Positions 40,430 through 51,475 of a stretch of 64,000 nucleotides of DNA are shown piece by piece (positions within the stretch are counted from its first letter, which is position 1; each line of letters begins with the position of its first letter). The notes under the pieces are model-generated. The model ran no database searches. It saw nothing but the letters and a program-made list of their open reading frames with translations, and was not told the DNA's origin. A program made the position numbers and the translations under genes. The stretch lies in the NCBI RefSeq assembly GCF_021869535.1, contig NW_026262581.1:4712001-4776000 (forward strand), read 5' to 3'. This stretch comes from Mytilus californianus. Taxonomy: Eukaryota.

Positions 40430-41093
40430 TACGTTTCCGGAAATAAATACCTTACTTTTCCGAGAAAATGATAACGATTCCGGAAAAAATAAATTATTAC
40501 TTTTCCGAGAAAATGATAACGATTCCGGAAAAAATAAATTATTACTTTTTCGAGAAAATAATTAAGAAGTACCTTGAACTTTATCCTAAATGAAACTGAT
40601 TGTAGCAGCATGCAATTTTTGTAACAGCAGTATGCATTGCACATTCAAAGTCAATTTGATCTACCTCGGGCTGGAGAGTTAGTCTTCGGGTAGTGCACAC
40701 ATCAATAAGCAGATTCCACATTTTGATAAAAAGTGGAAGTAACGCAAACACAAGAGGAATGTAGTTACCATTTAACACCCATGTATCGAAAAATTAACTG
40801 TGCCATCTATGAAAATATCAGTAATTTACATAGAGGATCATAGACATTTCAAGTTGGTAAAACATAAAAATATAACGATTCCGACATCATCATCTTTCAC
40901 TATGGTGACACTTTCATTTTTTTATATCTAGTATATTGTAGATATAAGATCAGAACCTTTTTTGTATAAAAATATGAAATAAATAATTTATCTAACATAT
41001 GTTCAAATATTAATAATTTACTACCAGGTAAATTTCCCGAAAAGTAATAAATACAATTTCTGGAAACGTATACTTTAAGTTTCCGGAAACGTA
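40430..41093. mobile_element. TA-ended MITE-like element with an internal 45-bp tandem repeat
   Basis: Perfect 14-bp inverted termini tacgtttccggaaa / tttccggaaacgta, a second right-end copy at 41057-41070, and a 45-bp unit repeated ~2.4 times at 40452-40560. Confidence 0.6.
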
Positions 41094-41363
41094 GTATTGG
41101 AACTTTGAAAAATTAGCGGAAATGCAATACGCCCCCTTTTTCTCCCAAAAAAATTCGGTTCATAATCTAAATTCAAATTTCCAATGGAGTTTGTAACCAT
41201 AATTACCCATTTAAATTTACCATAGTGCTAACTTAATCTATTTTATAATAGAATTTAAGATATGGTGTCAAATCTTTCATATGGATTTTTTTGTAAAAAA
41301 AAAAAGATGCAACATTTGCAGATATTTTTACTGGTCTTCCTTTAAAAATATGCATTTCTTTAA

Positions 41364-41547
41364 ACATAATTTAAAAGCAGTGTAAGGGAGGTAATCGAAA
41401 CTTATTTGGATTACATCCCTTACACTGCTTTTAAATTGTCTTAATTATTCATTAACCATTACTTTATACATAATTTAAAAGCAGTGTAAGGGAGGTAATT
41501 CAAATGATTTATTTGAATTACCTCCCTTACACTGCTTTAAATTATGT
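41364..41547. repeat. Two tandem ~78-bp hairpin palindromes
   Basis: acataatttaaaagcagtgtaagggaggtaat...attac(a/c)tcccttacactgctt(t)taaatt(a)tgt at 41364-41439 and 41468-41547. Confidence 0.9.
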
Positions 41548-41905
41548 TTTGTACTTAAGTATTTGTCCATTAATCATCTCCGTTTCCGTATCATATCAGT
41601 AATTAGATGACCCGACAATGAAATCTATACGACTGTCGAGTGTCAAGTCCCGTCAATATATTATGTCCTAGATCGGTTATAGATTCCCAAATAGCGATAT
41701 TCCCGATAAGGTCTATTCTCTCACCTATTTTATGTCTGGAGTGGTGTCTTTGGTCAAGCATGTTAAGTGCATTCTGTTTGACTGCTTGTCTAACTTTCAA
41801 TATACATGAATCTTATTCAAGTTAAATGCTGAGTGAAGTAGAGTATTCAGTAAACTAAAAAAATTGAAAAAAGGGGGAGGGCATTTGAACTATCTTCATA
41901 CTTAC

Positions 41906-42056
41906 CATAAGACAGGTTTTCTGTCAATTTTAATGGGCCTCGCAAAATGTATACGACAAAGACTACTAAAATAAACCAAACGGCCCAAAGATAAGTCCAC
42001 GACCAGTGAATCCAAGATTTAACTTTCTCAAAAATCCTAGACAGGAAGCCTGCCAT
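41906..42056 (-). CDS. ST7: ST7 coding exon 1 (151 nt of CDS)
   Basis: ATG at 42056; [51 protein letters not shown]|gtaagt; matches the ST7 N-terminal hydrophobic segment WSWTYLW.VWF...YILR.PLK. Confidence 0.93.
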
Positions 42057-42074
42057 GATCAAAATCACTGTCAC

Positions 42075-42250
42075 GGAGAAAATTGTGTATACGATAAATT
42101 TATAATATTTATAAGTTTAATTTGGCAAAATGAGTAACGAAAAGAAAAATTTCAGACCGTGTATAAATCATTATTCTTTCTTACATTTTGGTGTTTTAAT
42201 TTATCCACCGTTAGCGCGACCTAGTTGTCAGGTGGCGGAAGTTTTCAAAC
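42075..42250. promoter_or_regulatory. Putative bidirectional promoter for ST7 and MCM3AP
   Basis: Short CpG-retaining interval between divergent first exons; ETS-like GCGGAAGT at 42235-42242; CTCF-like TAGCGCGACCTAGTTGTCA at 42212-42230. Confidence 0.55.
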
Positions 42251-42327
42251 TGAACTGAAAGAAGAAATATTGGTGTCAACATTTTTTCGCCTTCGGTGAC
42301 GACATTTTGCTGTCGATACATCACAGT
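42250..42327 (+). other. MCM3AP: Putative non-coding first exon of MCM3AP
   Basis: CpG-containing segment just downstream of the ETS motif, ending at a good donor cagt|gtaaga; no ATG; start site is a guess. Confidence 0.45.
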
Positions 42328-43576
42328 GTAAGAATTATTTGTATAAATTCATTGTGCAGTGAGCAAGTAATAATAAAACTTAGATTGCCCATTGATATTG
42401 CAGAAAAAGAGGGAGAAAATAACATAAATCAATCAAAAACATACAGTAGTGTTGGCCAAAATTGGCAAAAAGAAAAACAACGACAGGGCAAACAATAGTC
42501 CATAAAACACCGCAGAAAACTATGCACAGCAACATTAACCCAGTAATTAAAACAGGTGAACTCAAGACGGTCAAGTGCTCCAGAACACGTTCATGAAGTT
42601 AGGGACTGATATATCCAAATGGGTATGATCAGATCATATGTTTCGTACATCAGATGAATTCGTAGTACAGGTTTCGACACTAACGCTAGTCGCTAGCCAG
42701 AGGCTTGTAAAAATTAGGGAGGGCTAGTAAAGTTTTCATCACAGTAGTCCGACGGGCTAGTCAAGATTTTGTTTAAAATTAGGAATTTCACAAAATTCAT
42801 GGTCTATTGACTTGGAAACTTTTGCTTGCTTTTCATTTATTAGTTTGTGATTAGGTCAATTTAAGGGGAACCGTTAGTGGTAGGTCAATGATACTTGGTA
42901 TGCAGTTGTATAAGCATTAGCACATCTCATTTCCATGGAGAATATTTGGTCCTTACCCCTTAGTCTGGTGTTTTCCCTAGGCTATTCAAGCATTGCGGTA
43001 CCGCTACACTTAAATTTTGACCGCCATGCTTTCATCATTGCCGCAATGCATCCCGCTATGTGTGAAAATTATAACTGTGTAAAATATTTATTAACGATAT
43101 TTTGAAAGTGAAGTGACAAGTAACAACACTCCTCAGGAATTTTAAACTCATCCCACTGGTAATTGGATGCATCACGTCACGCGTGCCGGGATTTTACAAC
43201 CTTTTTGATTAGTTGGTTATACATTTGTACATTGAGACTTCGGTTAAATAATAGAAGTTGCCAGTTAGCTGATAAATAAATAATAAGATTAATCTCCAAT
43301 GCAATTATATCTTTCTGTGCTAAATAAAAAGTTAAACCTTTTCCAGTATAAATTTCACCAAAAAATGGGCCAGTGTTTGACATTGTTATTGTGATCTTTA
43401 AAAAGTAAATTTAAAAAATTTGGTATAGTCTCTGGTATTATAAAATAAAACTAACATAACTTCACCAAGAATGGACAAAACTTAATTTTTAAATAAAGTT
43501 TCGCGGATTTTCCATCAGCTATATCAATGTATATTTACATTGATGCATTATTTTTTGATTGGTCACAACAATCAGT

Positions 43577-46040
43577 TATTATACGACCGCAAAAATTAAA
43601 AATTTTTTGGTCGTATATTGGTATGACGTTGTCGTCGTCCGGGGTCGTCCGAAGACACATTGGTTTTCGCACTCTAACTTTAGTTTAAGTGAATGGATCT
43701 CCATGAAATTTTACCATAAGGTTCAATACCACGAAAGGAAGGTTGGGATTGATTTTGGGGGTTATGGTACCAACAGTTAAGGAATTAGGGGCCAAAAAGG
43801 GGCCAAAAATAAGCATTTTTGTAACTTCCAGACAATAACTTGTGTGTAAGTGTATGGATCTCTTTGACATTGTACCACAAGGTTCCATATCACATAGGGA
43901 AGGCTGTAATTGATTTTGGGGGTAATTGCCTCAAAATTTTAGGAATTAGGGGCCAAAAAAGGGGCAAAAAACAAGCATTTTTCTAGTTTCATGACAATTA
44001 CTTGTGTGTAAGTGTTTGGATATTTCTTAAATTGTACTACAAGGTTCCATATCACAAAGGGAAAGCTGGAATTGAGTTTGGGGGTAATTGCCCGAAACGT
44101 TTAGGAATTGGGGGCCAAAAAGGGGCCAAAAATAAGCATTTTTCTAGTTTCCAGACAATAACTTGTGTTCAAGTGTATGGATCTCTCTGAAATTGTACTG
44201 CAAGGTACCATACCACAAAGGGAAGGCTGGGATTGAGTTTGGGGGTGATGAATCATAAGGGGGTTCAAAAAATTTGGGGGGGGGATTTTTTTTTTTCTTT
44301 TTTTTTCTTTTTTTCCTTTTTTTTTCTTTTAAAATTTTCCATTTTAAGTTGGTTATTTCTGATTTATATTTAAAAGCAAATAATAATGATATGGAAGGAG
44401 ATACACACCAAACAGGATGTGTAAATTATTATATAATAAGTATTGTGCAATAGCAAGAAATTTTCAATTGCACAGTATTGCACCATAGCAAGAAATCTTC
44501 AATTGCACAGTATTGCGCAATAGCAAGAAATCTTCAATTGCACAGTATTGCGCAATAGCAAGAAATATCCAATAGCACAATATTGCGCAATAGCAAGAAA
44601 TTGTCAATTGTACAGTATTGCGCAATAGCAAGAAATATTCAATTGCACAGTATTGTGCAAAAGAATATACTTCGTATAAGTTGCTTATTTCTTGATCAAT
44701 TTCAATGGGGTTTTATTCTTGAATTCTTGGGGTTCTTTAATATGCTGAATCTAACCATGTATTAAGTTTTTGGATTTTGGGCACCGTTTTTAAATTGGTC
44801 CACATTGAGGTCCAAAGGGTCCAAAATTTAACTTTGTTTGATTTCATCAAAAATTGAATTATTGGGGTTCTTTGATATGCCGAATCTAACCGTGTATTTA
44901 GATTCTTAATTTTTGGTTCCGTTTTCAAATTGGTCTACATAAAAGTCCACAGGGTCCAAAATTAAACTTAGTTTGATTTCAACAAAAATTGAATATATGG
45001 GGTTCTTTGATATGCTGAATCTAACCATGCATTTAGATTTTTGATTATGGGCCCAGTTTTCAAGTTGGTCCAAATCGGGGTCCAAAATTTAACTTTGTTT
45101 GATTTCAACAAAAATTGAATATATGTAGTTCTTTGATATGCTGAATCTAACCATGTATTTAGATTTTTGATTATGGGCCCAGTTTTCAAGTTGGTCCAAA
45201 TCGGGGTCCAAAATTAAACTTTGTTTGATTTCAATAAAAAAATTGAATATATGGGGTTCTTTCATATGCTGAATCTAACCGTGTATTAAGTTTTTGGATT
45301 TTGGGCCCCATTTTTAAATTGGTCCACATTGAGGTCCAAAGGGTCCAAAATTTAACTTTGTTTGATTTCATCAAAAATTGAATTATTGGGGTTTTTTGAT
45401 ATGCTGAATCTAACCGTGTATTTAGATTCTTAATTTTTGGTTCCGTTTTCAAATTGGTCTACATAAAGGTCCAAAGGGTCCAAAATTAAACTTAGTTTGA
45501 TTTTAACAAAAATTGAATTTTTAGGGTTCTTTGATATGCTGAATCTAAACATGTGTTTTGATTTTTGATTATGGGCCCAGTTTTCAAGTTGGTCCAAATC
45601 GGGGTCCAAAATTAAACTTTGTTTGATTTCAACAAAAATTGAATATATGGGGTTCTTTGATATGCTGAATCTAACCATGTATTTAGATTTTTGATTTTTG
45701 GGCCCTGTTATCAACTTTGTCCACATTGAGATCAAAAGGGTCCAAAATTAAACTTTGTTTGATTTCATCAAAAATTGAATTCTTGGGGTTCTTTGATATG
45801 CTGAATCTAACCATGTATTTAGATTTTGGATATTGGACCATAGTAGGTGAATGTCCAATTTAAAATTTTTAAGTTCTTAGACCACATTCATTCTGTGTCA
45901 GAAACCTATGCTGTGTCAAATATTTAATCACAATCCAAATTCAGAGCTGTATCAAGCTTGAATGTTGTGTCCATACTTGCCCCAACTGTTCAGGGTTCGA
46001 CCTCTGCGGTCGTATCAAGCTGCGCCCTGCGGAGCATTTT
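43577..46040 (+). mobile_element. HINE family D carrying three different satellite arrays, nested in the hAT
   Basis: Sub-TIRs atacgaccgca (43581) and tgcggtcgtat (~46005), (gtc)n microsatellite, 3' gctgcgccctgcggagca followed by a T-run; arrays with ~161-bp, 35-bp and 126-136-bp units. Confidence 0.9.
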
Positions 46041-46559
46041 ATTTTTAGATTAGTTGCGGTTGATTGATTATATTAAAGAATACACATCACCGCAACCGGG
46101 CCGAGAAAAAAGATGTGTCTTATGAAATATTTAAAACATTTGATGGAAAAACTTTCAAAACATTTACGGAAATATTGTTTTTAATTAACTAGTGTTGTTC
46201 TATCTTTAATTCAATGGGTCACATAGCGGATTCATTTGCCGTTCTTTACACAAGTGGGGCTAAATTTCTTTCATTATATGATTTTTACAATTATGAAGCG
46301 TTATAAATAAATCAGACAGGAATGTATTTAAAAAAAAAAGTTAATTGTCATGAAATAAAATGTCAGCTTAGCTTCCAAACAGGTGATTGCCAAATACATT
46401 GTATGTCATCTGTATGTCAGGTATTCTTCATTGACGACTTCTGTAATTAACACAAATAGACTTTTTTTTTATTGTTTCCTGTAAAATCTCTGTGAAGCAA
46501 TGATGACATTCAAAGTTTTATTTAACAACTTGCTGTTGCTGCTGAAACCATTCTATCAG

Positions 46560-46927
46560 CAAATTGAGGACACTGTTAGTGAAAGAATGTAAAGACACGA
46601 CTTTTAGGCACTGTTAGTGAAAGAATGTAAAGACATGACATTTAGGCAGACAATGAACAAAGTTGCCTGTCTTGGAACTTTGTATCCTCGTCTGTCTAAG
46701 TATGCAGCAATTGGTCTTGTTTTGCCAGTTTCAACAGCTGATTGTGAAAGGTGTTTTTCATGTTTAAACAGAGTTAAAACACCTTTGAGAAACAGACTAT
46801 GCCAAAAAGTGCTGAATTGCTTAATGCATTTATCAATATTGAAGGACCAAAGGAGGAAGATTTTGATTTTGAAAAATGTGTGGGGACCTTTGGAAAGTTG
46901 AAACAGAGGAAGATATCAACAAAATAA
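46560..46927 (+). pseudogene. hAT transposase C-terminal dimerisation domain remnant (ZNF862-like type)
   Basis: LYPRLSKYAAIGLVLPVSTADCERCFSCLNRVKTPLRNRL...LMHLS(frameshift)IEGPKEEDFDFEK...KQRKISTK*; 38-bp tandem duplication at 46571-46646. Confidence 0.88.
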
Positions 46928-48291
46928 TGTGTACATGACATTAATTTGTAAAAAACTAGTGCAGACTGGATTATTTTTATTATTGTTTATAAGGTCTTTC
47001 ATTAATTCCTCTCATCTGTAATAAATACTTTAAAGTTCCATGACTTACCTATAATAAAACAATTAGATTGGTATATGGCTATAAACATATAAATTATGTA
47101 GCGTAACTAATTCTGAAAAATAATCATTGCGCGCAGCGTTGCAAATCCACCATGGACCCACCATGCATGAAAAATTTTCTAGGGAAGACACTGTAGTCAT
47201 GGTCTATTGACTTTGAAACTTTTGCTTAGTTTACATATATTAGTTTGTGATTAGGTCAGTTTAAGATGAACCACTAATGTTAAGTCAATCATATTCGGTA
47301 TGCAAATGTATTGGCATTTGCATGTTTCATTTCCATGGAGATTATATACATGTAACCCCACCCCCTAATATTGGATCATTGACTTTGAAACTTTTACATA
47401 GTTTACAAGTTAATGTTTGTGTTTAGGTTTGTTTAAAGGGAACGACTTATGAAAAGTCAATGGTATTTGGTACGCAGTTGTATTAGCATTGGCACATCTC
47501 ATTTCCATGGGGATTGTTTAGCCCTGTACCTTCAGTCATGGTTCATTGACTTTGAATATTTGCATAACTTACATGTTAAAGTATTGCTAATTTAATTTCA
47601 ACATTTGCATTATCAAAATAACAAATAGGCGAGACATATCTCTGTGTTAACAGTTAATTATACTTGATTGCTATGCAGGAAGGAAGACGTTTGATTATAA
47701 TGTATAAACCGAAATTAAGTCAGTTTTATATACTGGTACATCTACATCTTTTTTTTACTCGTATTAAATGAGTGATTCAGGCTCATGTGTATATTTTGAT
47801 ATATGGAAGAAGGAATTATGCCATATTATTAAAGGGACATTCAAGTTCACAGATTTGACTCAAATTTTCATATTTGATTTATAACATACTAAAACATATA
47901 TCCAAATTACAAAAAATCTAAAATAAACAATCAGCAATGCATGGACTAGATAATATGTATCAGCATTTTGTGTGTATTTCAATCTAGACTCCATCTAATT
48001 AACTATTGCGATGACCTCCAAAGATTGCCTAAGGGTCATATAACCTGATATATGAATATAAATAGATAGCGACCACGTGCAATTGGATTTTTCTAGGTCT
48101 ATTTGATTTCATATCATAGGTTAAAAAAGTATCTTGATCATCGCTTTTATCTGAATAAGAATGATTTTTGTTGATCAGATCAGTCAACCAAAAGGTTCAT
48201 CCTTGTTTTACTTTCAATGTTGACATTCTTTTCCTTATGATAGCTGAACATGCCTAGTACATGCGTAACCCATCTCCAACTAAGGGGTTAA

Positions 48292-49475
48292 GGTAGCACT
48301 ACAGTCTAACAATGATTTTTTGAAGATATTTTTTTTATCACATAATTTTGAATTAAGTATTATTCTGCACAGTTTGTAAAAATCCCAAAGTCATTATCAT
48401 ATCACAACAGGGAGTAAATTGATAATGAACTTATATGCATAATGTGGGAGTGTCTTTATTTAAAGAAGTGGATGGTCTTGGATCTTTTTATGAACATGTC
48501 TTTTGATGCACAATTTTAATGTTCTAGCTAATTTCAGTAATCATGGTAATAGTATATTTCTTTTTAAAATACAAAAATTATTCTTTATAGTGAGAATAAT
48601 GATGTTAAATATTGATTATATGCAGCTGGTCAATCCTGTTATTCTCTTATCTTAGACTGTCTGGACAGAGGCGGAGCCTTGTCTATATTTAATTACTACA
48701 TCACAGATATTGGTCAAATCTATGACGTCAAACTCCCGCCAAATGCCAAGTTAGTGTTGCACAGTGTCACACATAATGCAAAATTTACAGCATTAGAGCA
48801 TCAAAGAGACAAAGTGTGTGGTTCTATTGATAAAGTAATGGTGTCAGAACACTCCTGGGGTGTTCCCAGTGGAATTTATGTATTTATGTTGCATTTATAG
48901 GGGTTCTAAGGGGGAAATTCCGTTTTTAGGTCATTTCTCAGAACAATTTTTCATGAGATTTGTTAGGAAAAAATGAAAATGTAAACTTTATGGGTACCCC
49001 CTTTGGCTGGACTTTGATATATGTGATTAAAGGGAGTATTTTCTACAATATGTCCCAGTTTTTGGATAATTTGTTTCTAAATGAATTTATAGATCTCCAA
49101 AGATGAAAGGTGAAATGAGGTTTGGCACACAGCAGTTAAATCAATATATCTTCTTACTGGAGGCATATATCAAAAATCTGAGACACGGTTTTGCAGCTTG
49201 TATATGGTTGATTAAAGGGATGAAAACAAATTTTTACTACCATTTGACCTGAATGTGCCATTTCCATCCAAGTTGGAAGACCACTTTTTTGGCAATTAAT
49301 GAGCTATATTTTGAGATTTATCATACCAAAAATAAATGTATCTATGGATTAAGAAAGAGTAATATTTCAGCTTTAAAATGAGTTAAAGATCTTAAAAATC
49401 CATTGAGTAGTTTTGGAGAAATTAATCTTTAAAGACTGTTGGTTGGAGTCAGAAAATTCTGACTGTAGTGCTACC
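48292..49475. mobile_element. Kolobok-type non-autonomous DNA transposon (1184 bp)
   Basis: Perfect 15-bp TIR GGTAGCACTACAGTC / GACTGTAGTGCTACC flanked by TTAA at 48288-48291 and 49476-49479; purine-purine termini plus TTAA are Kolobok hallmarks. Confidence 0.85.
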
Positions 49476-49889
49476 TTAAATTGAAAGTCACATGAATACA
49501 GATTTACAGAAAGCAGAGACATATATACTAAATATTTATATGTCTCTGCAGAAAGGAGGTTAAATTATTAACTTGCATGTCAATAATACATCAGCAATGT
49601 TTTTAGCTTATTTTGACGAATTTGGGCCAAACTGACTGTTTATAACAAAATATTATTTCAAAATTCCACTTTTATTAATACATGAAACAAAATGAATTGT
49701 TTTTTTAATTTTTGCCGAAATCAAAGCTAATGCCCTTTTAACACTTAGTGGAGTGACGTTAAACACACACATTAATCTTTAAATAATTTGATGCTTCTGT
49801 AAAGTCTATCTTATAAATTTGAAATCTATTTCAGATGTATTAATCTGCAGTCTGAATTAGTTTTGTCAAAAGACAGTACCATTATTACA

Positions 49890-50364
49890 ATGGCCAACCC
49901 ATTTGCTAGTGGCCAAGCAACTGGGGGTTTTGGACAACAACAAAGACCTGCATTTGGACAGGCAAGCCCATTTGGCCAGTCAGCTGGATTTGGAACACCT
50001 AATCCCCCAGGATATGGATCTGGAGGTTTTGGTAGTACTCCAAGTGGATTTGCCACTGGTGGATTTGGTACAAGTGGTACAAATCAGGCATCTAGTGGAT
50101 TTGGTACAAGTGGTATAAATCAAGCATCTAGTGGATTTGGTACAAGTACCAACCAAGCATCCAGTGGATTTGGTACAAGTCAAACATCTAGTGGATTTGG
50201 TATAAGTGGTACAAATCAAGCATCTAGTGGATTTGGTATAAGTGGTACAAATCAAGCATCCAGTGGATTTGGTAACATTCAGACTGGTAGTGGATTTGGA
50301 ACTTCTCACACTGGAAGTGGTGGATTTGGAACAACAACCAGCACTCCTGGATTTGGACCTCAAG
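49890..50364 (+). CDS. MCM3AP: MCM3AP/GANP first coding exon; FG-repeat domain with a 36-nt coding minisatellite
   Basis: ATG at 49890 (MANPFASG...); 15 FG motifs; ends CAA G|gtagat (phase 1). Acceptor upstream at 49834, 49850 or 49860 (unresolved). Confidence 0.88.
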
Positions 50365-50464
50365 GTAGATTTTTTTACAAAGGAAAATCAGTCTTTTAAT
50401 AGTCCAGTGATTTGCATTGATAATTTTTTTGTACTCCTTAATACATGTTTTGTTCACATTGCAG

Positions 50465-51475
50465 GTTCTGTGTTTGGAGGTACAGGCTTTGGAACAATGG
50501 GACCGCAATCTGCCTCTGGTTTTGGTGCTGTGACGACTCCCTCTTTTGGAAGTGGAGGTTTTGGGACTCACACTGGGCCTGTTTTTGGTAGTGCAACAAC
50601 AACAGCTGCCTCCTTTGGAAGTGGAGGTTTCGGAACCCAATCTCATTCTGGTTCTGGGTTGTTTGGAAATACTGCCACATTAGGAGGGTCTGCCTTTGGA
50701 AATCAGTCCAATACAAGCAATGCATTTGGTGGATCTACTTTTGGAACAGCCACTCAAGCTAGCAGAACATCAACTCAACCAAAGTCATTTGGTGGTCCCA
50801 CTTTTGGTTCCGTGTCACAAGCAAGTACAATAGGTACTCCTTCATTTGGAACTACAACTCAGACTAACATGTTTGGTATTTCCTCACATGGAACAGCTTC
50901 TCAAACAAGCTCATTTGGTAGTCCATCATTTGAAACCACAACTCAGACAAACACATTTGGAGCTCCACCATTTGGACCTACAACCAAACCAAGTACACTT
51001 GGAGGTTCTAGTTATGCAACAGCTACTCCTGGATCAGCTCAGACTAGAGCTCAGATTTCATTTGGAGGGTTTGGTAATGAGACCTCCTCTGGTGCAACTA
51101 CTTTTGGTGGAAGTGGTTTAGGAACATCTCAGGCACCTTCTGTTTTTGGACAAACAACTCAGTCTTCTGTATTTGGGGGTACAGGATTACAAACAGGGTC
51201 AACAACATTTGGTGGAGGAACTTTACCAGTCACCACAACAAGCTTACATAGTACAATAGGATGGAAGGGTCTTGTATCCTCTACTGGTTCCTTAAACACA
51301 CAAACAACAGCATCTTCAGGAATATTTGGTCAGACAGGTTCACAGTCTGTTGGGTCTGGTACATCAGGCATACAATCTTCTGGTATATTAGGACAGGGAG
51401 GAATTCAATCAACAAAAGGACCAGATTCCTTTAGTGCAGCGACATCAGTGTCATCTGGGCTGTTTGGACTGTCAG
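50465..51475 (+). CDS. MCM3AP: MCM3AP/GANP coding exon 2 (1011 nt, FG-rich)
   Basis: ttgcag|GT TCT GTG...TCA G|gtaact; phase 1-1; 27 FG motifs counted; follows a 100-bp intron. Confidence 0.9.

Larger units (their letters stand above)
42966..47193 (+). mobile_element. Internally deleted hAT transposon with 15-bp TIRs and 5-bp TSD (TAGTC)
   Basis: TIRs tggtgttttccctag / ctagggaagacactg (12/15 match); TAGTC at 42961-42965 and 47194-47198; clustered CCGC sub-terminal motifs; hAT dimerisation-domain remnant inside. Confidence 0.85.
42797..47656 (+). mobile_element. HINE family B copy split by a hAT insertion (pieces 42797-42965 and 47194-47656)
   Basis: The core unit breaks at cccct-tagtc and resumes at tagtc-atggtctattgac; the right piece ends ggcgagacatatctctgtgttaacag as in 54715-55547. 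Confidence 0.85.

Noticed and set aside
42669-42790. Possible left end of another DNA transposon (caggtttcgacactaacgctagtc, repeated gctagt)
   Set aside because: No matching right end or TSD found in the window.
44270-44340. G-run and T-run as a G-quadruplex or terminator
   Set aside because: Low-complexity spacer inside the family D HINE; no independent support.
44583-45735. Several similar 60-101 aa ORFs (MKTEPKIKNLNTRLDSAY...)
   Set aside because: Translations of satellite units inside the HINE; no splice or codon evidence.
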